Assembly: GCA_028534125.1 (NCBI GenBank)
Contig: CM052817.1
Location: forward strand, 91,266,001-91,330,000
DNA length: 64,000 nucleotides
Reading direction: 5' to 3'
Origin: Lama glama
Taxonomy: Eukaryota
Shown here: positions 1-12,500 of the stretch, piece by piece
How positions within the stretch are numbered: the first letter of the stretch is position 1
Layout of the letters: each line of letters starts with the position of its first letter
Translations under genes and position numbers: made by a program
The notes under the pieces: model-generated
What the model was told of the DNA's origin: nothing
What the model saw: only the letters and a program-made list of their open reading frames with translations
Database searches by the model: none

Positions 1-40
1 TATTTCTGGTCATTTGGTCTAAGGCTTGTTGTCTAGTTCC

Positions 41-228
41 AAGAGTGGCAAGATTTTTCTGAAAAGGGCAGGATAGCAAACATTTAGGCTTTGAAGGCTA
101 AAAATGATCCTGTCACACAGTGTGTGTATATGTGAGTGGGTGTGTGTGTAAAACCATTCTTAGCTTGAGAACTGTACAGAAATACATCTGGCTGCAGTCT
201 GCCATCCATAGTCTAGTAGTTTCTGCAC
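41..228. mobile_element. MER58-like hAT-Charlie relic
   Basis: ggcaagatttttctgaaaagggcaggatagcaaacatttaggctttg resembles the MER58 terminus. Confidence 0.55.
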
Positions 229-239
229 TAAGGGCTCAT

Positions 240-1300
240 GGAGTCAATATTTAGTTTTGCTGGATATAAAATCCTAGACTCACATGTAGATAATCCATAT
301 ATACACACATCATACACTTTAGTCATGTATATAGTTTGTCAGTTCAGATATGTAACTTCATTTTCTTCTGGTATGAAACACTGCAGTTGAAGTCTGGTGA
401 TAGATACTCGAAGTTACCTGCTGTTTTTGCTGAGATGCCAAAGGGATTTCTTTCTTTTTCTTTACAGTCCAGTTGGTGTTGGTCATTCTTGGTTGATATT
501 CTCAGGTATGTGATGTGTTTTTTCAATAAATAGTTTCAAGTATTAAAAAAAATTTCTTTTTAGAATAATAAAGATAAGGCAGACCTTTATGTATTGATGG
601 TTTGAGTATGTCCATGATGCATGTTTTTTTGCCTCATAATTAATTTTTCCTTTTAAACAGTTCATTTTAATTTTTTCCAGCTTTATTGAGGTGTATTTAA
701 CAAATAATATTTGTATGTATTTAAGACACACCACATAATATGTTATTCGGATACCTTGTGAAATGATTATCTCAATCAAGCTGATTAACATCTGTCACTC
801 ACATAGTTGTGTATGTTTCAGAGGTGGGCAAGATCACTTAAGATCTGCTTTTAGATTTTAAGAATACAGCACCATGTTACTAATTGTAGTCACCATGCTG
901 TATGTTAACGCTCCAGAACTTCATCCTGCATGAATGAAACTTTGTATTCTTGGTTCTTGATTCAAGTATTCTTGATTTAGTTTTTAGTATTTATTTTATT
1001 TCCTTGCATTGGTTTTTCCCAATACATGAACCTTTGTTACCATATGTTGTCTCTTAATATAATAACATAATATTTGCCACTGTCTCTCAAATACTTTGTC
1101 TCCTCATTTCTTTTTGTTATGTTTTTTGTTATAAATTCTTTTTGTTGCCTCAGCCTGTGTTTTCTAATTCTGATTGAAGCTAGTCTGTCATTTTCTCAAT
1201 GACTTTAGCTCGTTTTGCAATAGGATACAGTTTTGATCCTGGTTTTCTGGCATGCTTTCACCGTCTAAACGGATGTTATTCTGATTCTTATTCACTTTCT
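240..1300 (-). mobile_element. Old L1 fragments, including an L1MA-type 3' end at about 671-952
   Basis: ccagctttattgaggtgtatttaacaaata...gtagtcaccatgctgtatgttaacgctccagaact is a typical antisense L1MA 3' end, within degenerate T-rich L1M sequence. Confidence 0.7.
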
Positions 1301-3085
1301 GTGAAGGTTTTCTAAGTTTTTAGAAGGAAGTGTGGTTCAGGAGTTTTTCTGGCTTCACAGAACTGTTCAAACCTTTGACTCCTATTGGGCCCTATTGCGT
1401 CTTTTTCACACACATTTTCACATACTTGCTTTTTATCAGAGTAACCACCCCAGAACTCAGCTTGGCAAAGATATGATGACATCAAAAGGATGTAGAGCAA
1501 TCCTGTTGAAACTGGATCAAATCAAGCTGGTAGTTTGCTTAGAGCCTGACAGATATCAAATATTGCCATTTGTCCCACACCTTGGTGCCTGTGTTTGTTG
1601 GCTGCAGTGCACTCTGTCAGTCTGGTCCACCACTGGGGTGATGCTGATGCTGCTCATCTTGAAACCACACTTGAGAAACCAGTAGGACCTTTCACTGATT
1701 TTTTTTTTTTAATAGAAAAGAAAGATTTTCAAAGTTATACTGCCAGCCAAGAAATCTCTTCTTTGGACTCATGTACTCAGATAGGCAAGCAAATTGGTGA
1801 AAAAGAACTGTGTATATTCCAGTCGAACAGTTTGGAAACATGTGTGCGTGTTTTTGCGCATGTGTGCTTGTGAGAAGAGCAGACTTGCTTGCAGTTAGTT
1901 GCACGAACACAAAGATGTATGTTGGGAAAACTGGTTTGCATTTCTTTGCCTTAATCTAGATTTATAGTTGGAGGGTGGGTTGGGGAACTACTTGAGTTGA
2001 TGAAAAGGAACCATAGAGAGCATGCTTGCATGCTTGTTGACTTTGGTGTTTAAGGACACTTGGTGAATATTTGAATTTGCTTTTGTGACCTGCTCTAGTG
2101 AACCTGATTGCCTGCCAAATAATGTTTTATGAAGAAGACTTGGTGTCTTTCAGGAAAGGGCAAGACATGGTTGGGGTAGGGGAATGCAGATTCCTCTGTA
2201 CCAGGATTCCTCATGCACACAATGTTAGAGATTGTTGAAGTAAAACCTGCCCCTAATTTACACTATAATGAAGAGAAAACAGGGTTGACCTAAAAGAGCT
2301 ATCAGCTACTCCCCGGTGAAGTGGCAGGTACAGCTATCCTCAAGCTAATTCCTTGAAGGTTGTGCACTGTTCTGATCAGTGAATTCAAATCTAGTTAGAT
2401 AAAAATGCACTGAAGCAGTGCTTCCTGCCCCTCTCCTCACCCTTTTCCCCCAGGATCCCAGGAAATGTGGACGACTGTCGCTTGCCCCTTCACCATCCCC
2501 TTTTCTGATTTTTAAAATATCTGACAATTGATACTAGATTACAGACTACATTGCTCGGTAATGTTCACAGAATTCTGCAGAGAGCCAGAGCCCTGACGTC
2601 GGATTAACGTCTACGAGAGATGGGGTCTGGACCTAGTCCCATAGCAGAGATGCCGTGGCTGGAGCAGCAGCCTGCTCTCACCGCAGCTCTTCTCCAGGAC
2701 TGACTGGGCTTTCGGTCATTTCCCTCTTTACAAACTGGACTTCGAGTTCTTATTACAATACGTAGACAAAAGAGTGTGGATTTGGTTTAGCCATGCTTTC
2801 ATATGATGGGGTTTATAAATTATAAAGACAAATTCTAGATTCAAATAAGCCATAGAGATTCAGGTATTTCAACAGTAGTATTTCAAGTGCTTGTCCTAGT
2901 TAGAAGTAAGACTGGAAACTCCTTCACTCCACCATGTGGAGCTGGCTTTACATGTGACAACATTGCCCTAAATTGAGCTGTTGGCTTTGGGCAGTAAATG
3001 CTTTATCTTGTAGCTGAGCTGGATGAAAATGGAAGAAATGCAGGCAAAGAAGCTGCGTGTGTAACTGTGCTTTCCTTCCCTGTAG

Positions 3086-3358
3086 TGTATTCCATGGGAA
3101 ACGGTACGAGCAGACTCTATAGTGCTCTCGCCAAGACACTGAACAGCAGCGCCGCCTCCCAGCACCCAGAGTATTTGGTGGCACCTGACCCAGAACATCT
3201 GGAGCCCATTGATCCTAAAGAGCTCCTCGAGGAATGCAGGGCTGTCCTGCACACTCGCCCTCCCCGCTTCCAGAGGGATTTTGTGGATCTGAGGGCAGAC
3301 TGCCCCAGTAGCCACCACCCACCTATTAGGGTCATGCAGTGGAACATCCTCGCCCAAG
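3086..3358 (+). CDS. NOCT: Nocturnin (EEP-family NADP(H) phosphatase), coding exon 2
   Basis: Acceptor ttccttccctgtag|TG and donor CAAG|gtatgc. Translates (V)YSMGNGTSRLYSALAKTLNSSAASQHPEYL...PPIRVMQWNILAQ, matching mammalian nocturnin; 273 nt, phase 1-1. Confidence 0.97.
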
Positions 3359-4499
3359 GTATGCCTGATGTGTCTGCAGCTGAGCTGTGATTGCCTTACT
3401 GCTTTTGCATGTCCCGTTGCACTGAGGTGTGATGTAGAGGGAAGAGGCGTGGGCAGGCCAAGGTGCAGGAGGGGCGGTGACCAGGGCAGCAGGGGGAGCT
3501 CCAGAGGGGGAGGTTAGGAAAGGGAGTCATCTGGTTTTCACCATCAAATCCCGATGGATTCCATACCCTCCAGCTTGTAGGCTATCTATTGAGTGCAGTA
3601 AAAGTCTGTGTGCTTCACAGCACACCCGGATTTAAAGGACCCTGTCTTACCAGCCTGAAACTTTCTGTTGTCTCCAGCTTTCAGTCCACAGCACTACACT
3701 AGGATAGCATTTGCTAGAAACTAAGTCTACTGAATGCGCTGGGAGCTGCGGCTAGGTACTCTTGTAGCCAGATTCTCATCCCAGTGTTATCTTTATAACC
3801 TGATGCCAAAGAGATATTGCTTCAGCTCTCTGTTCACCAAGATATTACTTTGATCTGGTAGCAAGGAAGCCTTTCCTGGGTCTGCTAAATTAAAAGCAGG
3901 TGTGTAAGTCAACTTAATGTTGTATTGCCTATTGTGCAGCAGTTGATTTTTTTTAACATTTTTTATTGATTTATAATCTTTTAAGAGGAACTGGGGTCAC
4001 CTTTCACCCCCTTTTCTTATGCCCTGAGTTTCCAACCTTTGATGCTTTTATTTTTTACCGCAGCTATTCATCCATAAATAGGAAAAGGTGCCTACTTAAA
4101 AGAGGTGTCATTTCTTCTGAGTGGTGACCATATAGACCTGATACGACTTATAGTCAGTATTGAACTCAGTATATAGAGTTGAATATATTTATTTCATATG
4201 ATGTAGTTTAGATCGCTGGGAATGCCGAGAGCCCTGTTTAAGGCTAAAATTTAAGCTCTTATGTCCCAGAATATAGTGACATGAAAAAAATAGTTTTAAT
4301 ACAAAAGAAAATCTGTTGCTTGCTCCATCTGGATGGGAAAGGGTTTAGTTCGCCAGATCAGTGCAGTAATAGAGAAGAATCACCCAAAGCATCCGAAGCA
4401 GAGGAAGCAACAGAAGGTAGCAGCAAACCTAAGGTGACTCCCAGGTACTAGAAGTCATGGTTCTTAGTAGCTGACAGCTGACTGGCTTCTTTATTTCAG

Positions 4500-4926
4500 C
4501 TCTTGGAGAAGGCAAAGACAACTTTGTCCAGTGCCCTATCGAAGCACTCAAGTGGGAAGAAAGGAAGTGTCTCATCCTGGAAGAAATCCTAGCCTACCAG
4601 CCCGATATCCTGTGCCTCCAAGAGGTGGACCACTATTTTGACACCTTCCACCCACTTCTCAGTAGACTGGGCTATCAAGGCACATTCTTCCCCAAGCCCT
4701 GGTCACCATGTCTAGACGTAGAACACAACAACGGGCCGGATGGCTGTGCCCTGTTTTTTCTTCAGAACCGATTCAAGCTAGTCAACAGTGCCAACATCAG
4801 GCTGACAGCCATGACTCTGAAAACCAATCAGGTGGCCATCGCCCAGACGCTGGAGTGCAAGGAGTCCAGCCGACAGTTCTGCATCGCCGTCACCCACTTA
4901 AAAGCACGTACTGGCTGGGAACGATT
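4500..4926 (+). CDS. NOCT: Nocturnin coding exon 3, 5' part only (truncated by assembly gap)
   Basis: Acceptor cttctttatttcag|CT. Translates (A)LGEGKDNFVQCPIEALKWEERK...DILCLQEVDHYF...DGCALFF...VTHLKARTGWER, containing the EEP motifs LQEVD and THLKA; in frame with exon 2. Confidence 0.97.
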
Positions 4927-5426
4927 NNNNNNNNNNNNNNNNNNNNNNNNNNNNNNNNNNNNNNNNNNNNNNNNNNNNNNNNNNNNNNNNNNNNNNNNNN
5001 NNNNNNNNNNNNNNNNNNNNNNNNNNNNNNNNNNNNNNNNNNNNNNNNNNNNNNNNNNNNNNNNNNNNNNNNNNNNNNNNNNNNNNNNNNNNNNNNNNNN
5101 NNNNNNNNNNNNNNNNNNNNNNNNNNNNNNNNNNNNNNNNNNNNNNNNNNNNNNNNNNNNNNNNNNNNNNNNNNNNNNNNNNNNNNNNNNNNNNNNNNNN
5201 NNNNNNNNNNNNNNNNNNNNNNNNNNNNNNNNNNNNNNNNNNNNNNNNNNNNNNNNNNNNNNNNNNNNNNNNNNNNNNNNNNNNNNNNNNNNNNNNNNNN
5301 NNNNNNNNNNNNNNNNNNNNNNNNNNNNNNNNNNNNNNNNNNNNNNNNNNNNNNNNNNNNNNNNNNNNNNNNNNNNNNNNNNNNNNNNNNNNNNNNNNNN
5401 NNNNNNNNNNNNNNNNNNNNNNNNNN
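4927..5426. other. Assembly gap (500 N)
   Basis: Run of exactly 500 N. It interrupts NOCT exon 3 before the expected GDFN and SDH motifs and stop codon. Confidence 1.
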
Positions 5427-5556
5427 TCAAAAATTCTAGAAAGAAGGATATAAAGTTAGAAAAACAGCCCAGAATTCTCTTCCATCAGAAATCAAAATGG
5501 TATAGATAACAGGTAAAGCCCCTTTCAAACAAAATCACCCAAAATAGCCTATTGGT

Positions 5557-5650
5557 AATAAATTAAAAGTATTTTAATCCATGAGTTGTAAATATTCAAG
5601 ATTAATAAATGGTCTTTTAAAGCTAGTGTTTTTAATATCTTGTCTTTTTA
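5557..5650 (+). terminator. Candidate NOCT polyadenylation region
   Basis: AATAAA at 5557-5562 and 5604-5609, followed by a GT/T-rich tract (gtgtttttaatatcttgtcttttt). Confidence 0.4.
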
Positions 5651-8600
5651 ATGCAAAAAGAATCTGAGAGTTGATTTGATCTTTCAATATTGTTAATGTG
5701 GTGCCCACACTATCCCTTTACATGCAGACCTGTTTTGGTGGGGGGTGGTAAACAGTTTATTCTAGGAAGAGCAACTCACTGAGATAAAACCATTTTAAAA
5801 TTTACACATGTACTGTTCATTGTTTCTAAGAACAGTTTAGAGATTTAGCTTTTTAAATTTACATAGTTATCAAAGGAATAAAGCCAACCACAAAATAAGA
5901 ATCAACAGAATGCAGTAATCCAGTCATAAAGGACAGTCAAATGTGCTTGCACATATTCAAGAAATCAATCATCTAAGTTATAAATAGTTCATTTGTGTCC
6001 TTTTTTAAGATTCCACATATAAGCGATCAGACCTTCATTTTTTAAATGGACAGAGATGGATCTGTAGCTGCACATCAAGGGCATCTGCGCTATGCTTACT
6101 AGGTATCTCAGTGCTAAGGTTGGGATCCCCAGAATAGCTCATCCAGATATTCTACATTAGAACCACTTTTGAAACAAATGAGGTTTTCAGTACATAGTAC
6201 ACATAAAATCTTGGAGTTACCTGGAAGGAATGGCAATCAGGAAGAGCATTTGTACCCGTTGTCATTTGGTTCACATCTTTGCATGACTGATTGTTGTGTT
6301 GTTAAAGAAACTGAATACTTACTCTACTTGTGCAGGCATTAAGTATTATTTACCTCCCCAGAGCACACCAGCCTGAAGAGAAATGTTCATAACCCTAAGC
6401 AAGCAAATCTGGATGAGAATGAAAGCCAAAATAGTGTTTGAATTTCAAACGTTGTCCACCCAATATGAGTTAACTGGCTATGGGTTGGAGGTGGGTGGGA
6501 ATGCCACTGAGCAGAAATGCTTCTGAAATACCAACATGTGACTGAAATATAAATGGAGATGGAGGAACCCCACAGTGGAGCTCTCCTTCAGAGTCAGCCT
6601 TCCGAGTATGGCAGTGGGCCAGACACTTGATTGTCCTTGCTTAAAGTGTAATTATGTGAGCTTTCTATGTTAAACAGTTTTTTAGTGGTATATAAATCTT
6701 GTTAGGTTGCACATGTATTTCTTTGTCCCCTGAAGTCTTTCTTTGTAGACAGCTTTGCCTTATGGACTTTCAGTCACCTGAAGGAATACTGGAAAGTAAA
6801 TCTGTACTCTGAAGTTTTAAGTATGTTCTATTAATGGGTTTCCTGTATTCCATCCTTATGTGCCTTTTGGTTCTGCTTTTCCTTTCGTATCCCATATGTT
6901 GATTGTGGTTATGATTAGTCTTAGAAGGTAAATTGCGCAGATCTGAAGACAGGCTGAGAGTGGTCATGGACTTTTCTCTTCCTCCCGGCTATGTTTCAAT
7001 AGATTCCCATTCTACAAAGTGGTAGGAATGACCACCTCATTTATTTAAATACAGCATAATAGGAGGGAACTAACATTTGAGATCCTTATCTTTGGTGCTA
7101 AGAGCTTTACATATATTAAAATTACTCTTTAAAATGGGGCTCAAAAGTTCAAGTAATTGACCAAAGTCTCAGCTAATAGTAGCAAAGCCAGGATTCAGCC
7201 TCGGTCTATCATGACTCCAGTGGGCTCACTTCCCCACCACCATGTTCCCTTGGCCTTGAGTAAGCACAAGTAGGGAGAAAAGTAACGTGGGGGAGGAAAA
7301 GATTTGTTAAAACTAGTCAAACATGCAAGTTTTTGTACACCACATAGAACAGAAGCAAGACAGAAGCTTAATAGTAGCTAATAGAGCAGACTTCAGTCAT
7401 TCTGATGCAGTGAAGTAGCACCGCCCAGAGTAGAACATCTGATACTGTTTGTGCTGTGATGGTGGCTTTTTTTTTAAAGGAAGCAGTGAGAACAACTACT
7501 CTAGTTGTGTTTCAAACTAAAGGAAGAAATTGATGAAAATAGTCTGTATTTGAACCAATTTTCTAACATTCAAGATTTTATAATGAAGGGAACATTGCAT
7601 ATAATTAGATAATGTGTCTTAGACTTGAGGAAAGATTTCCAAGATCTGAATTTTAAAAAGAGAAAATAACACATGTTCATAATCATAATTCATTTCAAAT
7701 TTAGAAAAGAAAAAGCATCCAAAAAATGAGTTGGCTTGCGTAGAGTGCTCTGTTAAACTTTTTTTTTTATGCCGTGTATAAAAATACAGGCACACGCAGG
7801 ATTTTATCGAGACTGGAATGGCAGAGTCCTGGAGCTGGGCTTATAAAATCAAATCATACAGAAGGGCATGAGGACTTAGCTGTGACCCTGAAGAGTCACT
7901 CATCTCTAGGGCTTCAGTTTTCTCATCCAAAGAATAAGCATCATACCTGTCTTGTCGATCCCATAGATTTGAGAGGTTTGGAAAACAGTATTGTGAACTG
8001 TAATATAAAAATGTATGTAAATCATTGAGTAAACAAATGCTTAAGGTTCAAAGCAAGAAAGGGAAGGGCACTGTACTTGAAACGCTAAAATATTCATGGA
8101 TGTCCTAATATGCCTCTCAAGATTATTCCAAGGAGAGTAGTCCTTCAGTTTGAAAGGGCAGAACCAACAGCATTAATAAAAAATTAAGCTCCAAGTAGCT
8201 GAGCGGCTGATAAAATGGCAAGATTTTTTTCCCGTTCCTCCAGGCAGATGTGTAGTAGTGGGTTAGCGATTCAGTTCTTTAATTTCAGGAGAGGATGTCA
8301 ACCCCACTTTGATTCGTAAAGTAGAAATATCTGCCTCCGAGAGATGAAACAATATCCACAATCCCAGGCCCCTGCTCCCCGGATTTGGGTGGAAAGCTCA
8401 CTTCTAAGAAAGTATTCATTAGGAATGTAGACAACACCCACTCTTGTGTGTGTGGAATGTTAGGAAAAGCTTTGCTGCTTCTAGGCAGCTGGTACCTTTT
8501 TTACGTTGGCTGCCAAGACATTCAAAACAATACCTTATAGATGAATTTTAATTACTGTGTAATATTCTACAGCATGTATTCTATTTTCTTTTGTCATTTT

Positions 8601-9762
8601 TCTGCCTTTTTTTTTCTTTGCCTCATTTTCTTTTACCTGCTTATTTTTGCTGACTTTCATTTATTTTTACCATATGTAAGCTATATGAAGTTCTTTTGGT
8701 GATAAAGTATAAGTTAAATTATCTTGCCACATTAAACCTCAGGCTTCTAGGTGTAAACCCCTTGTGTGTAATATAAGAATGCTGAAATATGATTACAGAG
8801 TCCTGTATCATATGGAGCAAACACCGAGAGATGATGGACTGGACATGGGAAATGTCTGACGTTTGACTTACACTGGTAAAACTGAAGAGACACACACACA
8901 GCAAAAGTCTGCAACCTTTTACAGTTTAGTTTGTGAGAAAGTAAGCATCATTACATGATGGGAATGGACGTAACCCAGAAACTAAGCTGGTTCTACCCTC
9001 CCCTCACCCCTGCCTATTTTTGGATGGAAGGGAATGGAGGTTACCACCAGAGGAGAAGTTGTTTCTAGGTCTGCCACTGACTAGCTGAACTGAAACTGAT
9101 AAGTCGAGTTTTTCTGAACTTTAGTTTATTTATAATGCAGGGAATAGACCAGAAAATCTCTAGTTTCTTTTAGCATTAACTCTTTTTTCACTTCAAAAAC
9201 AATTTATGTTACTGCTGCCACTGCTCAAAGAAATTTTTTGAAACTTTCTGGAACAGCTTCCATACCCAGTTTTATGAAGTTCTGAAGAAAACTGAACTTT
9301 ATAGCCACGTTTCATTTTGAACCAAATATGGCAGTAACTTGCTTGTTCACATCAGTTTATTAACCTCAAGTGACTTGGCTATTTCTACAACTAAAATCTT
9401 CCTCAGCAGGAAACTTGTCCCTATTAAACATGTATAAAATTTTAGGTTCTGCTCCAAGAAGCAATTCAAAAATATTTTGAACAATGGCAGCATTGTTGGC
9501 ATTAATATATAGCTTTCCAAGGGACAAGGCACATTGACACAGTATACTGTTTCACAAGACTTTAAAGACTCATCCTAATTAAAGAATTGTTAAATGTGAG
9601 AAGGCTTTAGAATTGATGAAATATACAGTATATGTTTTTAAAAGCCATTAGTAATATTTAATAGATATATCTCAAACTACCTTTTTCTATTTGAACAATT
9701 TTAAAAGCTTAGATTAGGACACGTCTCTTAATTGTAAAGCTTTCCTTATTTTATCTGAATGG

Positions 9763-9933
9763 CAGTGGTACCCAAACCTGGATGCACAATGAAATCACCT
9801 GGGGATATGTTTTTTAAACACTGATGCCTGGCCCCCACTACCATATGTTGTATTGAACTGCTATGGAATGTGACCTGGGCAACAGTATTTAAGTCTTCAC
9901 AGGCGATTCTAATGCGCAGCAAAGTTAGCACTG
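9763..9933. mobile_element. MER5A-type hAT-Charlie MITE
   Basis: cagtggtacccaaacctggatgcacaatgaaatcacctgggga...caggcgattctaatgcgcagc. Confidence 0.75.
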
Positions 9934-10253
9934 TACTTCAGTATCTATCTTTTCTGATACCACTTCATTGAAGTCTTCTGAAGTAGACAAAATATTCTCA
10001 GAGTTAAACATACAACGGGATGGGAGGAAACAATATTCTGGGAGAAGACAACCCTGCTGTTCACAGCCTATTTATAGTTCAATTTTGGTTTTGATATGGA
10101 AAATTTTCATTAAACAGTCATGTGATACTTTAACTTGTCATATTAATTACATCATTTAAATCCTGAACTCAAAAGCATTACTGCCAAGATGGAGTGTCCA
10201 AAAAGATGGTCATGGGTGCGTAAAAGTGAATTAAATACATGTCAATTCAAATG

Positions 10254-10662
10254 CAAGTACACCTCAGAGACTTCGGGGGTTCAGTTCCAGACCACCACAA
10301 TAATAATGTGTCGCAATAAAGTAAGATGGATTTTTCTGGTGTCTCAGTGCAGGCAAAAGTTACGTTTACACTACACTGTATTAAGTGTGCTGCAAGAGCA
10401 TTATGTCTAAGTAAAGTGTATACCTTAATTTAAAAATATTTATTGCTAAAAAAATGCTGTCAGTGAGTTGTAATCTTTTTGCTGATGGAGGGCTTGAAAT
10501 ACTGTGAGCATTACCAAAAAGTGACACAGAAGTGAGCAAAAAAAATGATGTTGGAAAAACAACAAATGATTGTGCTGGTAGACTTGCTTGACCTGGGGTT
10601 GCCAGACTTTCAGTTTGTAAAAAACACAGTAAAGCGAAATGCAGTAAAATGAGGTATGCCTT
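10254..10662 (-). mobile_element. Tigger1 internal-deletion derivative (Tigger1a-like)
   Basis: Both Tigger1 ends present (caagtacacctcagagacttcgggggttcagttccagaccacc ... gcagtaaaatgaggtatgcct), joined near gagggc|ttgaaata without the transposase ORF. Confidence 0.85.
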
Positions 10663-11569
10663 AAGTCTCCTTGATGCACTTGAGTTTTCCAAAGGTCTGT
10701 TGGTATGATGAAGAGAGAAGTGCACTTGCAAAGGGAGAAGAGTATCTGCTCCTTCTCATGAGGACTGGCATCACTGCACTGAGTTCCCCCAGAATGTGAC
10801 AGGTTTTAATTATGGAGGACAATGATTACAACAGGCTGAAGTACAGACAAGTCACAGCCACAGAGGACTTGTGCTGTCAGCAGTGAAGCTGTAATGAAGG
10901 GAAGAGCTGCTGCAGTGGCTTTGGAACTAGAAGTAGGGTTTCTCTTGCTTCCCCAAAATGTGTTCTATAATGCCCTCAAAAAGGCCAGGAAACATAAAAA
11001 AATCTCAGTATACTTTGTAAATAAAAGCCAAAATTTTGTCTTTGGGAGTTTATCTGATTAATTGTAATTAAACATGACTTGTTTGTATACAGTGAGCAGA
11101 GATGCACTCTGCAGAGTGAAGAATGCTAGGTGTCAGGTAAACCCCTGGTAATGAACCAGGTGCCCCCATCCCTTATATTCTGGCTTCACAGCCACCTCCC
11201 CTACTGGAACTGCCCCTTTAGAGTCACTGTATCAATTCTGGCAGATTCTTCTTGCCTTATGGTGGGCAAGAGTGTCAAGTGCCACAACATGATGGGCCAA
11301 ACAAATTAGGCAAACCGTTGCCCACCGTATCTTGCAATGTGACATCTGTCCTGTTAACTCTATGAACAGTCCTTGATTTCCACACCTGATTTCTTTTCTG
11401 CTCACCTAGCCCTTTGTCTTTATATACTTGATATTTTCAGTCTTACTTAAGAGGAGTTCTGAGTAGACCACTGCTCATCCTGAATAGTTTCCAAGCCTAT
11501 TTCAGAAATATTTTGATGTCTGTCACCTCTAACTCAGTAAATATAAGTGAACTCAAATCTAGGTGAAGA

Positions 11570-12500
11570 AAGAGTGATCTGGAGGGAATCTATCAATGGC
11601 ATGGCTCAACAATGTATAGGTACCAGGAATATTTGGGGAAATTTGTCACTATGTCTGTAGCCCAGAGATGCCTGAAACAGGAGTGGCAAGAGAGTATTGG
11701 GAAGGCTTGGGAAGATGGGCAAAGGCCAGATCAAAGGACTTTGAATGTTATGCTTTGCACTTTCGTCTTTCTAGTAAGAGATACGAATTTAAAGCAGTCA
11801 TAAGGAAGTGATGAAATTCACATTTTCTGAAAGCTCTCGGCTAGCAGCATGGAAAATGGACTAGAGGGAGGCTTGAGAAGACAAGCAGTAAGGTAGGGAG
11901 GATGGGAAAGGAAGCTGTTTAGAAGGTACCATCAATAGGACTTCATGAAAGACTGGATATAAGAAATAAGGTCCAGAATGGCCCTCAGGTTTCTCCTGGC
12001 ATGAGTTAACGGGTTGCTGGTAATGTCATTTGTCAAGCTAAGAGGACACAGATTTTAGACAGAGACCTCAATTGGATGTTCAGGAGGAAATAGCCAGCAG
12101 GTAATTATAGAAGCCCATCTAAGACTTTCAGTCTAACCTAGAATAATAGATCTGGTAGTGAACACCATGTGTGTGGGTGAGATTATCTAACAATTACGTT
12201 GAATCAAAATCCTAACAGTAAATACAACTATTCTGTGAGGAAAAGAGCCCCATGGTAAATACGATCTTTAAATGGGAACGCTGAAGGAAAACAAGGTAGA
12301 CTAAGAAGAGCTGGTCAGGCAGGAAATAAGCCAGAAGCGGTGTGTCATGGAAAACCAAAGGAGAATTTTAAGTAGGGTGACCACATGAAACAATGAAGTA
12401 CTGTATGATTTGACTACTGGGCTACTGGAGACCTCAATGAGAACGGTTTCTAAGCCAGAGCTGACTGCAAGCTACTGAAGAGAGACAGAATGAGGGGCTA
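11570..12500 (-). mobile_element. L2 LINE relic
   Basis: Degenerate L2 motifs (ggccagatcaaaggactttgaatg, atcaataggactt, tcaggtttct); boundaries approximate. Confidence 0.65.

Noticed and set aside
4625..5509. Long ORFs of 294, 243 and 200 aa in the track
   Set aside because: Artefacts of translating through 500 N; only 4500-4926 is real NOCT coding sequence.
6770..6967. 65-aa minus-strand ORF between the genes
   Set aside because: No recognisable homology or domain; length is within chance expectation.
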